Part shown: piece by piece, positions 42,522 to 52,369 of the stretch
How the letters are laid out: every line of letters begins with the position of its first letter
Position numbering within the stretch: the first letter of the stretch is position 1
Virus record (IMG/VR): IMGVR_UViG_3300033463_000027
Coordinates: 32,001-96,000 of that record
Source of the DNA: a virus
Lineage: Duplodnaviria > Caudoviricetes
Reading direction: 5' to 3' (one strand)
Length of the DNA stretch: 64,000 nucleotides
Program-made: the position numbers and the translations under genes
Notes under the pieces: model-generated
Database searches by the model: none
What the model was told of the DNA's origin: nothing
What the model saw: the letters and a program-made list of their open reading frames with translations, nothing else

Positions 42522-42842
42522 ATGCCTAAAGCTATTCTTTATCCTTACGGAAGCGCAACGGATAGAAAAATACTTGACAAGATAGAAGCAGATAGAGAAG
42601 CGGCAAAAACTGGTGACTTTCTTCCTGAGTATTGGTTAAGTGGTTGTACAATTTGTACTCGGAATACACATGGAGTTTATCATGTGTACGTACCTGAAAA
42701 ATCACCTTTTGACGGAAAAATTTTAAGAGATTACAGGATAAACAAATACGGTCATATGGTAGATACAAACTTGTTTTACAAAATTTCTACAAAACAGGAT
42801 TTAATTATGTGGTGTGAGGAACGTGGAATCACGTTTGAATGA
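42522..42842 (+). CDS. Early hypothetical protein
   Basis: AAGGAG RBS. Confidence 0.65.
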   Translation: MPKAILYPYGSATDRKILDKIEADREAAKTGDFLPEYWLSGCTICTRNTHGVYHVYVPEKSPFDGKILRDYRINKYGHMVDTNLFYKISTKQDLIMWCEERGITFE

Positions 42843-42848
42843 TCTAAT

Positions 42849-42923
42849 AAGGCTCTGCGGCTTGCCTTTAAAAGTCGCACCTTATCACTCTAAACAGTGC
42901 ATGAACTGTGCGGAGTGAACCAT
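42849..42923 (+). repeat. Dispersed structured-RNA element copy A
   Basis: Pseudoknot (AAGGC/GCCTT, TGCGGC/GTCGCA), GCATGA-loop hairpin, ACCAT. Confidence 0.65.
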
Positions 42924-42975
42924 ATTTACATAAGAAACGGAAATGGTTTTTTGACTTGAAAAGGAGTGTTGAGCA

Positions 42976-43242
42976 ATGGAGAATATAAAGAATACCTGTG
43001 CTATTGACAAGATAATTGCGGAATTATCGTTACAAGATTATCATGCACGAATTGAGCGTTTGACAAGTAATCAGAAAAAAGCTATAAGAAACGGTAAGAA
43101 AAACTTATCTGACTTCGGCGGTTATTCACTCGGACAGAAAACAATGGAAGCCATCAATGTAAAACGTGATTATCTTAACGGAAATATCACAGAAAACGAG
43201 TATAAAGCATGGTGCCTTCGTTATAATTTAGCTTACGCCTAA
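42976..43242 (+). CDS. Early hypothetical protein
   Basis: AAGGAG RBS. Confidence 0.65.
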   Translation: MENIKNTCAIDKIIAELSLQDYHARIERLTSNQKKAIRNGKKNLSDFGGYSLGQKTMEAINVKRDYLNGNITENEYKAWCLRYNLAYA

Positions 43243-43257
43243 CCTTCCAATTCAAAA

Positions 43258-43327
43258 CGGCTTGCGGATTGCCGAAAAATCCGCATATATCGGCACAATA
43301 TCCGCATGAGGATAAAGTGCTGACCAT
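43258..43327 (+). repeat. Dispersed structured-RNA element copy B
   Basis: CGGC/GCCG, TGCGGA/TCCGCA, ATCC-GCATGA-GGAT, ACCAT. Confidence 0.65.
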
Positions 43328-43371
43328 TTAACAAACATACGGAAACGGAATTTGAAAAGGAGCGTTGAACT

Positions 43372-43698
43372 ATGCGAAAAGTCACTTTTGAAATTGACGA
43401 TAAGGCATTTTTCAAAAAGTCGTTCATGAAAGAGAATGGATTGACTGAGGAAAAAGTCAATGAAATTCTTGCGGATATGGATAGTTTTATCTGTACTTAT
43501 TCGCTTATTGGTGGACGTATGCCGGATAGATACGAACTTACAGACAGAAACGGACAGAAGATGAACATTAACGATCTGAACGGATATCAAAAAGGTGTTG
43601 TACTCAATGACTGTTATGCTTACTATGTAGGCGGCAAATATCACGGAGATGCAAAAGAACCTTGTGGAGTTATCCGCATAACTGAAACGGAGGTATAA
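43372..43698 (+). CDS. Early hypothetical protein
   Basis: AAGGAG RBS. Confidence 0.65.
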   Translation: MRKVTFEIDDKAFFKKSFMKENGLTEEKVNEILADMDSFICTYSLIGGRMPDRYELTDRNGQKMNINDLNGYQKGVVLNDCYAYYVGGKYHGDAKEPCGVIRITETEV

Positions 43699-43700
43699 CT

Positions 43701-44618
43701 ATGAATGAACTGAAAAACTTGCTTGCTCTTAGCAGGAACGCATTACAGGTGTGCTATTATCAGCTTAACATGGATTTTGAAAAGCCCTTTACAGTTATAG
43801 AGGGCAATGGTAAATTTACCGCAAACTCTATCGGTAAAAGGATTTTTGAAGTCACTGGAATGACACGGAAAAATTGCAAGGCTGCACTTTATCTGCGGAA
43901 TGATAATAAGTACAGAAGCGATTACACAAAACTGTATTTTGTGAAATACGATTGTGATTTTGAGTCTGTTGATACGCTTAGTAAAGTTATTTTTAAACAT
44001 AAGTACATAGATGATTTTTGGAGAAAATCAGACTTTGAAGCTGAACGCAAGAAAGACACGGCTCATTGGTGGATAGTTGTACAGAATAAACAGTATCTTC
44101 GTGAAAAGAAAGAGTTCCAGCCTATTGACTTCGGAGAAAGATACAATAGAGTTTATTCAGAACATTACGCTATACTAGGCAATGAACGGAAACGTATCAA
44201 GTACAGTCCGTGCTTTTATCCTTCGCGCAGACCAACGGAGAAAGATATTCTTGATAAATCAGGATATATCCGTTGGGAAAATGTTATTACATATCAGAGG
44301 AAAGCAAAAGCCTTGAAAGCAGAAAGAGAAAAGGCTGCGGCAAGTCTCTTTGATTGTTCGGAAGCAACTGAACGAATCGGAAAAGCTCTACTTGACATTC
44401 GTGATGCCTTGTCTAAAGCCCTAAAGAATAATGTTAGGGCAGGAAAAATAAGAAACGTTTTGCACGATCTGGAATGGGTCGAATCCGACTATAACAACCA
44501 TTGTTCAAAAATTGCAAAAGTCACCTATTCTTCGATTGAGGATATCAACACTAATATTGATAACATGATGGCAAGAATCAACAGAATGAACACAGATATT
44601 GCGGAATTTGATAAATGA
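43701..44618 (+). CDS. Early hypothetical protein
   Basis: GGAGG RBS; LDKSGY motif. Confidence 0.7.
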   Translation: MNELKNLLALSRNALQVCYYQLNMDFEKPFTVIEGNGKFTANSIGKRIFEVTGMTRKNCKAALYLRNDNKYRSDYTKLYFVKYDCDFESVDTLSKVIFKHKYIDDFWRKSDFEAERKKDTAHWWIVVQNKQYLREKKEFQPIDFGERYNRVYSEHYAILGNERKRIKYSPCFYPSRRPTEKDILDKSGYIRWENVITYQRKAKALKAEREKAAASLFDCSEATERIGKALLDIRDALSKALKNNVRAGKIRNVLHDLEWVESDYNNHCSKIAKVTYSSIEDINTNIDNMMARINRMNTDIAEFDK

Positions 44619-44736
44619 CATACAATATATAGTGTTTACAGAACAGAAACGGCACAAAATATGGTGTTGGAATCCGAATAAAAGGTAAGTTTTAGCGGCT
44701 GTCCTATCGGCTTGACGGGGAGAAATGGAGTATATC

Positions 44737-45414
44737 ATGAATAAGAACAAATTAGAAATAATACTTGAAAAGCACAATAAATGGTGGAATAATGAGGAAG
44801 GAGGAGAAAGAGCTGACTTGTGCGGAGCTGACTTGCGCGAAGCTGACTTGCGCGGAGCTAACTTGCGCGAAGCTGACTTGCGCGGAGCTAACTTGTGCGG
44901 AGCTAACTTGTGCGGAGCTAACTTGCGCGGAGCTAACTTGCGCGGAGCTAACTTGTGCGGAGCTAACTTGCGCGGAGCTAACTTGTGCGGAGCTAACTTG
45001 CGCGGAGCTAACTTGCGCGGAGCTGACTTGCGCGAAGCTGACTTGCGCGGAGCTAATCTATCTATGGCAGAAAATTTATTGTCTGCTATTGCTTACATTA
45101 AGGACAACTTTGAAACGACCAATGAAGGAATTGTTGTTTATAAAACTTTCGGTGGGTCTTATAATCCTCCTGAAAAATGGGTTATACAGTCTGGCTCGAT
45201 ATTATCGGAGAACTGCAATATGAATCGCACTGATTTATGCGGCTGTGGAATCAATGTTGCACCTATTGAATGGGTAAAAAATAATTATTGTGGTGATATA
45301 TGGAAATGCCTTATCCGTTGGGAGTGGCTTTGTGGAGTTTGTGTACCTTATAATACAGATGGAAAAATAAGGGCTGAAATGGTGGAGCTCATTGAAATAG
45401 TTGATAGAGATTAA
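44737..45414 (+). CDS. Pentapeptide repeat protein
   Basis: A(D/N)L(R/C)(G/E) repeats encoded by 15-bp tandem repeats ~44811-45060. Confidence 0.9.
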   Translation: MNKNKLEIILEKHNKWWNNEEGGERADLCGADLREADLRGANLREADLRGANLCGANLCGANLRGANLRGANLCGANLRGANLCGANLRGANLRGADLREADLRGANLSMAENLLSAIAYIKDNFETTNEGIVVYKTFGGSYNPPEKWVIQSGSILSENCNMNRTDLCGCGINVAPIEWVKNNYCGDIWKCLIRWEWLCGVCVPYNTDGKIRAEMVELIEIVDRD

Positions 45415-45419
45415 TAATA

Positions 45420-45522
45420 AAGGCTTTCCGGATTGAACCTTAATCAATCCGCTACAAACAAAGCGGAGTAAATCTCCGCTTACATACACGATCTATCCGC
45501 ATGAGGATTGAAAGTGTACCAT
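45420..45522 (+). repeat. Dispersed structured-RNA element copy C
   Basis: CGGATTG/CAATCCG, an inserted hairpin, ATCC-GCATGA-GGAT, ACCAT. Confidence 0.6.
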
Positions 45523-45565
45523 ATTCAGAAGTAAACGGAAATGTAACACAATAGGAGGAATAACT

Positions 45566-45850
45566 ATGACAGTAATTCAGCGTATCAAACAGGCGGTCAA
45601 TAATCTTGACTGTGAAACGGATAACATTGACAAAATAATAGCTCTTGCCTATATGATTGGCAAGGAAAAAGCAACTCGTGAAGTATCTAACGCATACAAT
45701 AAATTACTTGCTGAACAGCGGGAACGTGCGGAGAAATGCCGTTATCACAATATGGCTACGGAAATAGTTGGTGACAAGGAATACATATACTTCGGAGATT
45801 ATGACGGGGCTATGTGTTATACTTTCGGAAGTGATGAAACGGAGGTGTGA
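45566..45850 (+). CDS. Early hypothetical protein
   Basis: AGGAGG RBS. Confidence 0.7.
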   Translation: MTVIQRIKQAVNNLDCETDNIDKIIALAYMIGKEKATREVSNAYNKLLAEQRERAEKCRYHNMATEIVGDKEYIYFGDYDGAMCYTFGSDETEV

Positions 45851-45856
45851 CCCACA

Positions 45857-46210
45857 ATGACAATAGCAGAATTTAAAAACCACAACAAAGAAAACAATAT
45901 GCCTTACGAATGGATAGGTCAAGGCTATGGCTACAAAGTAACCGATACCGCATGGGACGATCTGAACGATGACGATATTATTTATATCCCCGAGTATGGC
46001 TACGACAAGAAAGATGACGGAACTGTTTTTGTAAGCAGAAATGATGCGTATAGCAAGAGTGATTTCATTCAGCTAATAAGGGAACTGGGCGATAGATACC
46101 TTGATATTGGTAGACAGGTGGAAGTCAAGCGAATGGCTGCGAAACTCTTTGAAGCTGTTGACTGGCAATATCCGGAGAGTTTATTGAATGAGGGATTTTT
46201 TGAGGAATAA
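45857..46210 (+). CDS. Early hypothetical protein
   Basis: IYIPEY...LFEAVDWQYPE. Confidence 0.7.
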   Translation: MTIAEFKNHNKENNMPYEWIGQGYGYKVTDTAWDDLNDDDIIYIPEYGYDKKDDGTVFVSRNDAYSKSDFIQLIRELGDRYLDIGRQVEVKRMAAKLFEAVDWQYPESLLNEGFFEE

Positions 46211-46219
46211 AAGGAGTGA

Positions 46220-46414
46220 GTGAGAATGAATAATTTATTAGTTATACCAAAATGTGAAAATCATGGTGTGCAGCTTGAATATGTCATACCTCGGACTTAT
46301 GAACAGCGTTTTGTAGGTGCTATGTATTGCTGTCCTTACTGTAATAGATCGCGGCTTTATCCTTCAAAGGAAGCGCAAAAACAATTGGAGGATATGATAA
46401 ACAAAAACAAATAA
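46220..46414 (+). CDS. Small Zn-ribbon-like protein
   Basis: CENH...CPYC. Confidence 0.55.
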   Translation: MRMNNLLVIPKCENHGVQLEYVIPRTYEQRFVGAMYCCPYCNRSRLYPSKEAQKQLEDMINKNK

Positions 46415-46445
46415 AACAGTTGTTTTGTGAAAGGAGTATTGGTTT

Positions 46446-46652
46446 ATGAAAGATATTATCAGACGTTTGCTTATCAAAGCAAGCGAAGAAAAGGACTTAG
46501 AACTTGCGGAAATAGCAAGTGATTTGATGGGAGAGCTTGCCAGCACATACAATGCTCCCTCAAATTGGCGTGATATTCTTGACGAACTGCATGAGGAATT
46601 TATAGATAATGAATGGCTCATGAACTCGGTGTATGAGTTTGCAATGTATTGA
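46446..46652 (+). CDS. Early hypothetical protein
   Basis: AAGGAG RBS. Confidence 0.65.
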   Translation: MKDIIRRLLIKASEEKDLELAEIASDLMGELASTYNAPSNWRDILDELHEEFIDNEWLMNSVYEFAMY

Positions 46653-46667
46653 AAGAAGTGTTGATCT

Positions 46668-46880
46668 ATGAAAAGAGTAACATTATGTAGCGCACCTACA
46701 AAGGAGGAACTTGAAAAGGTTATCAATGAATACTTTTGTAGCACCAATTATTTCATAGCTGCGGATAATCAAACTGTTATCAATGTAAAAACAGGTCTGA
46801 CTTGGGGTAAGAATAACGGATTTGAGGTAAGACAGACAAAGCGCAGATGGGCTTTTGTTAGGTATGTGGATAGTGTTTGA
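46668..46880 (+). CDS. Early hypothetical protein
   Basis: ORF in operon. Confidence 0.6.
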   Translation: MKRVTLCSAPTKEELEKVINEYFCSTNYFIAADNQTVINVKTGLTWGKNNGFEVRQTKRRWAFVRYVDSV

Positions 46881-46894
46881 AAGGAGTGCTGACT

Positions 46895-47200
46895 ATGAGT
46901 TACACAAGGCAAATCGGAGAAATGGTTATAACTGTAGTATGCGCTGCAAATCCTGAACAGACATATAACGATCACTATGAGGATATCAAGCGTATGATTG
47001 AAGCTGACGGATATATCCCTGTTACCTCTATGGATAATCTGATTAAGAACATTGTTCTTATGTTTGATTGTGATGACAACTATGGGGAGTATGACAAAGA
47101 AACAGGGTGCGGTGGTTACGGAGAAGCGTTCACTATGACAGAGTGCAGAAACTATGTGCTTGATAGTGGTGGATATGCGGAGTTTGACTATTATTGTTGA
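46895..47200 (+). CDS. Early hypothetical protein
   Basis: AAGGAG RBS. Confidence 0.6.
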   Translation: MSYTRQIGEMVITVVCAANPEQTYNDHYEDIKRMIEADGYIPVTSMDNLIKNIVLMFDCDDNYGEYDKETGCGGYGEAFTMTECRNYVLDSGGYAEFDYYC

Positions 47201-47215
47201 AAGGTGGAATAAGAT

Positions 47216-47440
47216 ATGAAAAACTTTTATTGCGCTATCAGTCAGCAGATCGGAGACTATCGCAATGCTTATGTTGGACAGTTTTCAAGTAGCGATAATC
47301 TCTTGAAATTCTGTGAACGCAGACAGCGGGAAGGCGCACAGGTTGTCATGGTGTGCGAATCCAAAAAGCAAGCAGAACGCATTGTTGAGGAATGGAATGA
47401 AACCTATAAATCCGATGGAACTCATTTACTTACTTCTTAA
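47216..47440 (+). CDS. Early hypothetical protein
   Basis: AAGGTGG RBS. Confidence 0.6.
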   Translation: MKNFYCAISQQIGDYRNAYVGQFSSSDNLLKFCERRQREGAQVVMVCESKKQAERIVEEWNETYKSDGTHLLTS

Positions 47441-47447
47441 CTTACAT

Positions 47448-47517
47448 AAGCCCACTGCGGGGCTTTGTACCGCAGACAACACGGAATGAAGCGCATGAAC
47501 TTCGGACTGTGAACCAT
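47448..47517 (+). repeat. Dispersed structured-RNA element copy D
   Basis: AAGCCC/GGGCTT, TGCGG/CCGCA, GAAG-C-GCATGA-A-CTTC, ACCAT. Confidence 0.6.
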
Positions 47518-47558
47518 TTACATTTAACTGTTTACTTATGAAAGGACGTTGATTACTT

Positions 47559-48791
47559 ATGAAAACAACAATGACTATTACTGCGGAGAACTTTAAGAGG
47601 GCTGTCAAGGCGGCTGTAAGCTGCTGCGTATATGCGACTGTCCCTGCCCTTGGTGATGTGTACATGGATATTGGCAAGAATGGGGTGTTTATAGCTTGCG
47701 ACCTTGAACAGTATGTACGCTGTTCGTTTAATCCAGTGAAATACTCAGATGATACAATCGGAGTAAGTGTAGACTTTTCTATGTTGAAAAAGATTGCAGA
47801 CATAAAAGGAGAAAACATCACGTTTACCTATGACGAAAGCGCAGAGCATGAACTTAAAATCTCCAATGGTAAGAAGTGTATAACTCTTGCTTGTACGCTC
47901 GTGGATAATTCGGCGGGAAGTAACGACTTTAACAGAGAAACTTATTCTATTCCTTTTGAAATGGATAGAAAAGAAATTATGCAACTTGACAGCGAGGAAC
48001 TTCTTATTACTATTAAAAACACATCTGTGTTCACTTGTAAGACAGATATTAAGCCTATTCTGAAAGGCTATCATTTCAATGGACACGATAACGTCATTGA
48101 AACTATTGACGGGTATCATTGTGTACGCAAAGACTGGAAAACAGGTGTGCTTAACAGTGACTACTTCGAGACTGTTGGCGAAAAACTCATAAATATTAAG
48201 AACATTTTTAATAAGAATGACGGAATGATCACTATATATGGTGCTGAAAGTATGGAGAGTAAGCTGGACTTTGGTAAATACAAGTATACCTTGTTCAGTC
48301 TTACGGAAGGTGATATGAAAATAGAGTATGCCGTAAGAAATTTGCAAGGTGAGTTTTGTAACGTCAAGAACTCATATCCTACTACATTCCAAACATACGG
48401 AACTGCTAAAGCTGGCTCTTTGATAGAGCTTTGCAAGGAGTATTCTAAGTTTATCAGTGAAAAAGCTCCTAATCCTATCATTTTTCATCAGGTCGATGAT
48501 GTTGTGTATGCAAGTTTAAGGACAGTATCTATTAAATTCTGTGAACCTACAGAAATAAAAATAGATGGTGCTCCGCTTTCGGCAGGATATAAGAACGCAT
48601 TTCTTATGGAAGGATTGAGCGTTTTTGACAAGAATGAAACGATTAACATGAAAACAAATGGAAATTTATACCCCTTGCTTATTGAGAATAACGAATATCA
48701 TGTACTTGTTCTTCCAATCAGATTAGACAATGACATTATATCTGATGTTGAAAAAGATATTGCATTACTTAATAGCAAGGAGGCGGTCTGA
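47559..48791 (+). CDS. DNA polymerase III beta sliding-clamp-like protein
   Basis: 410 aa; ACDLE, KPILKGYHF, TIDGYH, QGEF, YPLLI...VLVLPIR clamp motifs. Confidence 0.7.
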   Translation: MKTTMTITAENFKRAVKAAVSCCVYATVPALGDVYMDIGKNGVFIACDLEQYVRCSFNPVKYSDDTIGVSVDFSMLKKIADIKGENITFTYDESAEHELKISNGKKCITLACTLVDNSAGSNDFNRETYSIPFEMDRKEIMQLDSEELLITIKNTSVFTCKTDIKPILKGYHFNGHDNVIETIDGYHCVRKDWKTGVLNSDYFETVGEKLINIKNIFNKNDGMITIYGAESMESKLDFGKYKYTLFSLTEGDMKIEYAVRNLQGEFCNVKNSYPTTFQTYGTAKAGSLIELCKEYSKFISEKAPNPIIFHQVDDVVYASLRTVSIKFCEPTEIKIDGAPLSAGYKNAFLMEGLSVFDKNETINMKTNGNLYPLLIENNEYHVLVLPIRLDNDIISDVEKDIALLNSKEAV

Positions 48792-48929
48792 ATGTTAGGA
48801 ATAGCTATTGTAGTTATATACTATATCGGCTGTCTGATTGCAGACACCTTCCGAAAGTACAAGTAAATAGATAGGGGGAACCGAGCGGCAGCGGAATGGT
48901 CTGCCGCATGAATGAGGGAGGAATGATTT

Positions 48930-49280
48930 ATGAATACTGTTATACATTTCGCAGGAAGTTGTGTTGTGCATGACGATACAAAAGCATTACAGGAAACGGA
49001 ATACGCTCTGTATCACACGGGGCTTTTTGAAAATAATAACGTAAGTATTATTGAGGTTACGTGTGGAGAACTTGCACAGAATCGGATTGTAACTCAGACT
49101 CGCCGTGAAGCTGACCTATTGGGAAATGGAATCCTTGCCCTTATCAAACAGACAGATGAAGCTATATGTGCTTTAAATGGAAACTGTGCAAAGGCAGCAA
49201 TTGAGATAGCAGATTATCGGAGAGAGTTAATTGAGTTGCTTGATAAGATTAGGAGTTTGGAAAAGGAAAGTGACGAATAA
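48930..49280 (+). CDS. Early hypothetical protein
   Basis: GGAGG RBS. Confidence 0.6.
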   Translation: MNTVIHFAGSCVVHDDTKALQETEYALYHTGLFENNNVSIIEVTCGELAQNRIVTQTRREADLLGNGILALIKQTDEAICALNGNCAKAAIEIADYRRELIELLDKIRSLEKESDE

Positions 49281-49336
49281 TCCCTTGACAATCAAGGGAT
49301 AATATGTTAAAATTAACATCAAAGGAGTGTTGTTTT

Positions 49337-49642
49337 ATGCGCAAATGGAAATACAAGTTGTTCACAGGCAAGGCTTTGAGAGAAGCTATAAGAGAGGATA
49401 GTAATGAAGCTACTTTAGAAGCGTTAAGGACTTGCTATAGGGAAATTCATAGGGCAATGCCTGATTGGTATGACGAAGATGATCTGGAAAACGACTGTGC
49501 AGAGATTGATAATCAGTTAGATAACTGTAACAATTATGTTGATTATGATATGACTGAGGACGATGTTCAGAATGAAATTAACTATTTACTCAGAGACTTT
49601 TATGACTTCTGTGATTGTAATGGTATTTGGGTAGGACTGTAA
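49337..49642 (+). CDS. Acidic protein (paralog of 59112-59418)
   Basis: MRKWKY...FYDFCD.NGIWVGL. Confidence 0.7.
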   Translation: MRKWKYKLFTGKALREAIREDSNEATLEALRTCYREIHRAMPDWYDEDDLENDCAEIDNQLDNCNNYVDYDMTEDDVQNEINYLLRDFYDFCDCNGIWVGL

Positions 49643-49656
49643 AGGAGTGAATAGAA

Positions 49657-49854
49657 ATGAAAGTTAAAATAGGAACTATTCTTTTTGACGAATGTAGCGG
49701 AAATTATTTCAGAGTTGACAGCGAATATAAAGAGTTGCAGCATGGTTATTGGTGTACTCAGGTAGAGCTTGACGATGATGGAGAAATTATTTCCGAAGAA
49801 TCAAGCGGGTGGAGAACAAAGAAAGAAGTCGAAAGCTGTATTGATAATTCTTAA
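49657..49854 (+). CDS. Early hypothetical protein
   Basis: AAGGAG RBS. Confidence 0.6.
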   Translation: MKVKIGTILFDECSGNYFRVDSEYKELQHGYWCTQVELDDDGEIISEESSGWRTKKEVESCIDNS

Positions 49855-49866
49855 AAGGGTGGTTTT

Positions 49867-50262
49867 ATGAAAACTTATGTAAAGATAGAAAACGTAGACG
49901 AGCGTTTTGATACTATGCAGGACGCTACTCAGTATGCAGAGGACAATTTCGATGACGAGATTGAATCCTTTGAAATGGACGTATACTCGGAAAGCGGAAA
50001 GCATATTGATAATCAGACTGTCGAGCGGAATCCATATAGTAATCAGTTTGTTTACGCTGCTTGGGGTTTTGGCGTGAGTAAATGGAATGATGACGAATAT
50101 GATTGGTATGGAGATGTGTTTGATACTCTGGATCAGCTTCTTGAAAACGAGGATTATCTTTCTGCAAAAGCAAAAGGTTATGGACTGCGCGTGGAGAAGT
50201 ATACTCAGACTGTTGACGAGAATATTGGAGATGTGGTAGACATCTATTCGGAGGACGATTAA
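49867..50262 (+). CDS. Highly acidic protein (possible DNA mimic)
   Basis: D/E-rich, 131 aa. Confidence 0.6.
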   Translation: MKTYVKIENVDERFDTMQDATQYAEDNFDDEIESFEMDVYSESGKHIDNQTVERNPYSNQFVYAAWGFGVSKWNDDEYDWYGDVFDTLDQLLENEDYLSAKAKGYGLRVEKYTQTVDENIGDVVDIYSEDD

Positions 50263-50264
50263 CT

Positions 50265-50672
50265 ATGGCTATATCTCAAATAGAAATTATCTGTGAACAT
50301 TGCGGAAGAACATTCAAGCACAGGCACAAATGTTATAACCGTGATGCTGCGGAATCATACACGGAATGGGCGAAAGAGAATGTAACCATTTGCCCTGATT
50401 GTTACCGAGAAATTCAGAGAGAAATAGAACGCAAACGTATTGAAGAGCTTACAAAAGATATGCCAGTTACCGCAGAGCTTCAAGGCAGTGAAAAACAGGT
50501 AAGATGGGCGAACGATATTCGCAAGAAAGCTCTTAGTTTTGTTGCCGATAGAAAACCTAAACAGGCATTTTGGAATGCTGTAAATTCAAAAACTGATGCT
50601 GTGTGGTGGATAGATCATTGTGATAAGTTAGATAACATTTATGACTTTGCAAGATTATTGGAGGAAAAATAA
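50265..50672 (+). CDS. Zn-ribbon protein with GSEKQ..WA motif
   Basis: CEHC...CPDC; LQGSEKQVRWANDIR...WWID. Confidence 0.7.
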   Translation: MAISQIEIICEHCGRTFKHRHKCYNRDAAESYTEWAKENVTICPDCYREIQREIERKRIEELTKDMPVTAELQGSEKQVRWANDIRKKALSFVADRKPKQAFWNAVNSKTDAVWWIDHCDKLDNIYDFARLLEEK

Positions 50673-51338
50673 ATGGATATTTTAGAACGAATTAAAGAGC
50701 GTGGATATGAAGTAATGAAAGCTGACTATGATGATGTAGACGATCCTTATGCGTTTAATTATGCGAGAGTTGTCATCAAAACCCCTGCCGGAAATATAAA
50801 GCCTATTGTTGGAACGCTCGATAGACTTTTATACATAAAAGATAAAACATTACAGACTTCTCAGAGAGAACTTATTGAAGCTATTTATCACCCCGATAAA
50901 AATGGTTGGTGTCTTTTGGAGAATGGATTTGACCTTAAAAGCAAATCTGTTTTTGAAAAAGCAGAAGAGCAGCTTGGATTGAAAAGTTATAAAACTGAGG
51001 AAGAGGGAGCTTCAATCGAAAATGAAAGCACTGTAAAATTCCTCACTCACTTTGTCAATGGTGAAGCATATCTAACTGTCATTGATGGAGAATATGTAGT
51101 ACAGCTATTTCATCAGGCAGACATTGATTGTTTTATCACAGACACGTTTGTGTTCGATCATGAGCCTACTTTGGAAGAATTTCATGCAGCTTACGATCTT
51201 ATGCAATTTAAGGTTTGCCTTATGTGTAAGAGAATTAAAGAAATTGATGGTGAAATGTATTGGTTTGAACAATTAAGAAGATATAAAGACCTACTCGGAA
51301 ACGCATATTCTATGCTTGTCGAGATAACTAAAAATTAA
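50673..51338 (+). CDS. Early hypothetical protein
   Basis: GGAGG RBS. Confidence 0.65.
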   Translation: MDILERIKERGYEVMKADYDDVDDPYAFNYARVVIKTPAGNIKPIVGTLDRLLYIKDKTLQTSQRELIEAIYHPDKNGWCLLENGFDLKSKSVFEKAEEQLGLKSYKTEEEGASIENESTVKFLTHFVNGEAYLTVIDGEYVVQLFHQADIDCFITDTFVFDHEPTLEEFHAAYDLMQFKVCLMCKRIKEIDGEMYWFEQLRRYKDLLGNAYSMLVEITKN

Positions 51339-51535
51339 ATTGATATATATAACTTTTGACCTTCCACTCAGCGGAAATAAATCTGTTGAGTGGAATTTGT
51401 TCACCCACATTTCAAATGTGAATATTGTGTAAAATTTTGCGCTGTACCCAAAACGCTATTGACAACAAGAGCGAAAGGATATATAATAGATAATAGAAAT
51501 ATACAATGTACCTAATCAGAGAGGTGAAAGCAAAA

Positions 51536-52099
51536 ATGACTTATGAAGTAGTTATACAGGAAACCTTACAGCGTTCAATCTGTGTTGAAGCGGAGACAGA
51601 ACAAGAAGCTGTAGAGAAGGTGGACGAAATGGTATCAAGCGGAGAATTGGTACTTAACGCTGATGACTTTACAGACAGAAAGTATAAGGTCGCTCCCATG
51701 TATGCGGCGAGTGTAGTTTGCCCGAACAGAAAAGATGAATGGGTAAGACGTATTCTCGCTATCGGAACAGGGGAGGATATGACATTGCAATTAAACCGAA
51801 ATACTTTTATGTGGGTGGAGCGATTTATAGAAAATGAAACTGACATACTCTTAGTCGAGATCGACAAGGGGTCTATTGAGAACTGTGACGGAGAAGATAT
51901 AACAGTCTTTAATAAAGTTAAGGAAACGTATAAGCTCGATTTGATGGACATAAGAACGTGTGTAGACACGTTACTTGATTTGTTTGATTATTATGTCAAA
52001 CCCACCACAAGTCCCGCCGATGTGGTCAGGGGAGTTTTTGGAATGGTAGTTGCAATTGGGTTGTTGTCAACATTTTCGGTGCTGATGTCACTATTATGA
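51536..52099 (+). CDS. DpnD/PcfM-like domain protein with C-terminal TM helix
   Basis: YEVVIQETLQRSICVEAE..EAVEKV...VLNADDF; promoter TTGACA(51459)-17-TATAAT. Confidence 0.65.
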   Translation: MTYEVVIQETLQRSICVEAETEQEAVEKVDEMVSSGELVLNADDFTDRKYKVAPMYAASVVCPNRKDEWVRRILAIGTGEDMTLQLNRNTFMWVERFIENETDILLVEIDKGSIENCDGEDITVFNKVKETYKLDLMDIRTCVDTLLDLFDYYVKPTTSPADVVRGVFGMVVAIGLLSTFSVLMSLL

Positions 52100-52317
52100 A
52101 AGAAAGGAGTGAACAAACCATGCAGAATGACATTGATGCTGTTATCAGACAGGTTTTGGTGCAAGCAGTCAATGGCAAGGTATCAGATTTCTATGCTTTG
52201 GTAACTGCGGAGTACGAGCCTGATATGTACACTCGTGAAGATGACTATTTTGTGGCGAGAAAAAGAATACAGCATAAGGCAGAAACCGTAAGGTTTGTTC
52301 ACCTCTATGCGGAGTAA
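52096..52317 (+). CDS. Hypothetical protein
   Basis: ORF in operon; start may be 52120. Confidence 0.5.
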   Translation: MKERSEQTMQNDIDAVIRQVLVQAVNGKVSDFYALVTAEYEPDMYTREDDYFVARKRIQHKAETVRFVHLYAE

Positions 52318-52369
52318 ACAAACGCAAAGTGCGTTTGACATATACTATTATCTAAAGGAGAAATGTCCT

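Noticed and set aside
44765-45223. CAELT-repeat ORF
   Set aside because: Alternative frame of the pentapeptide repeat gene.
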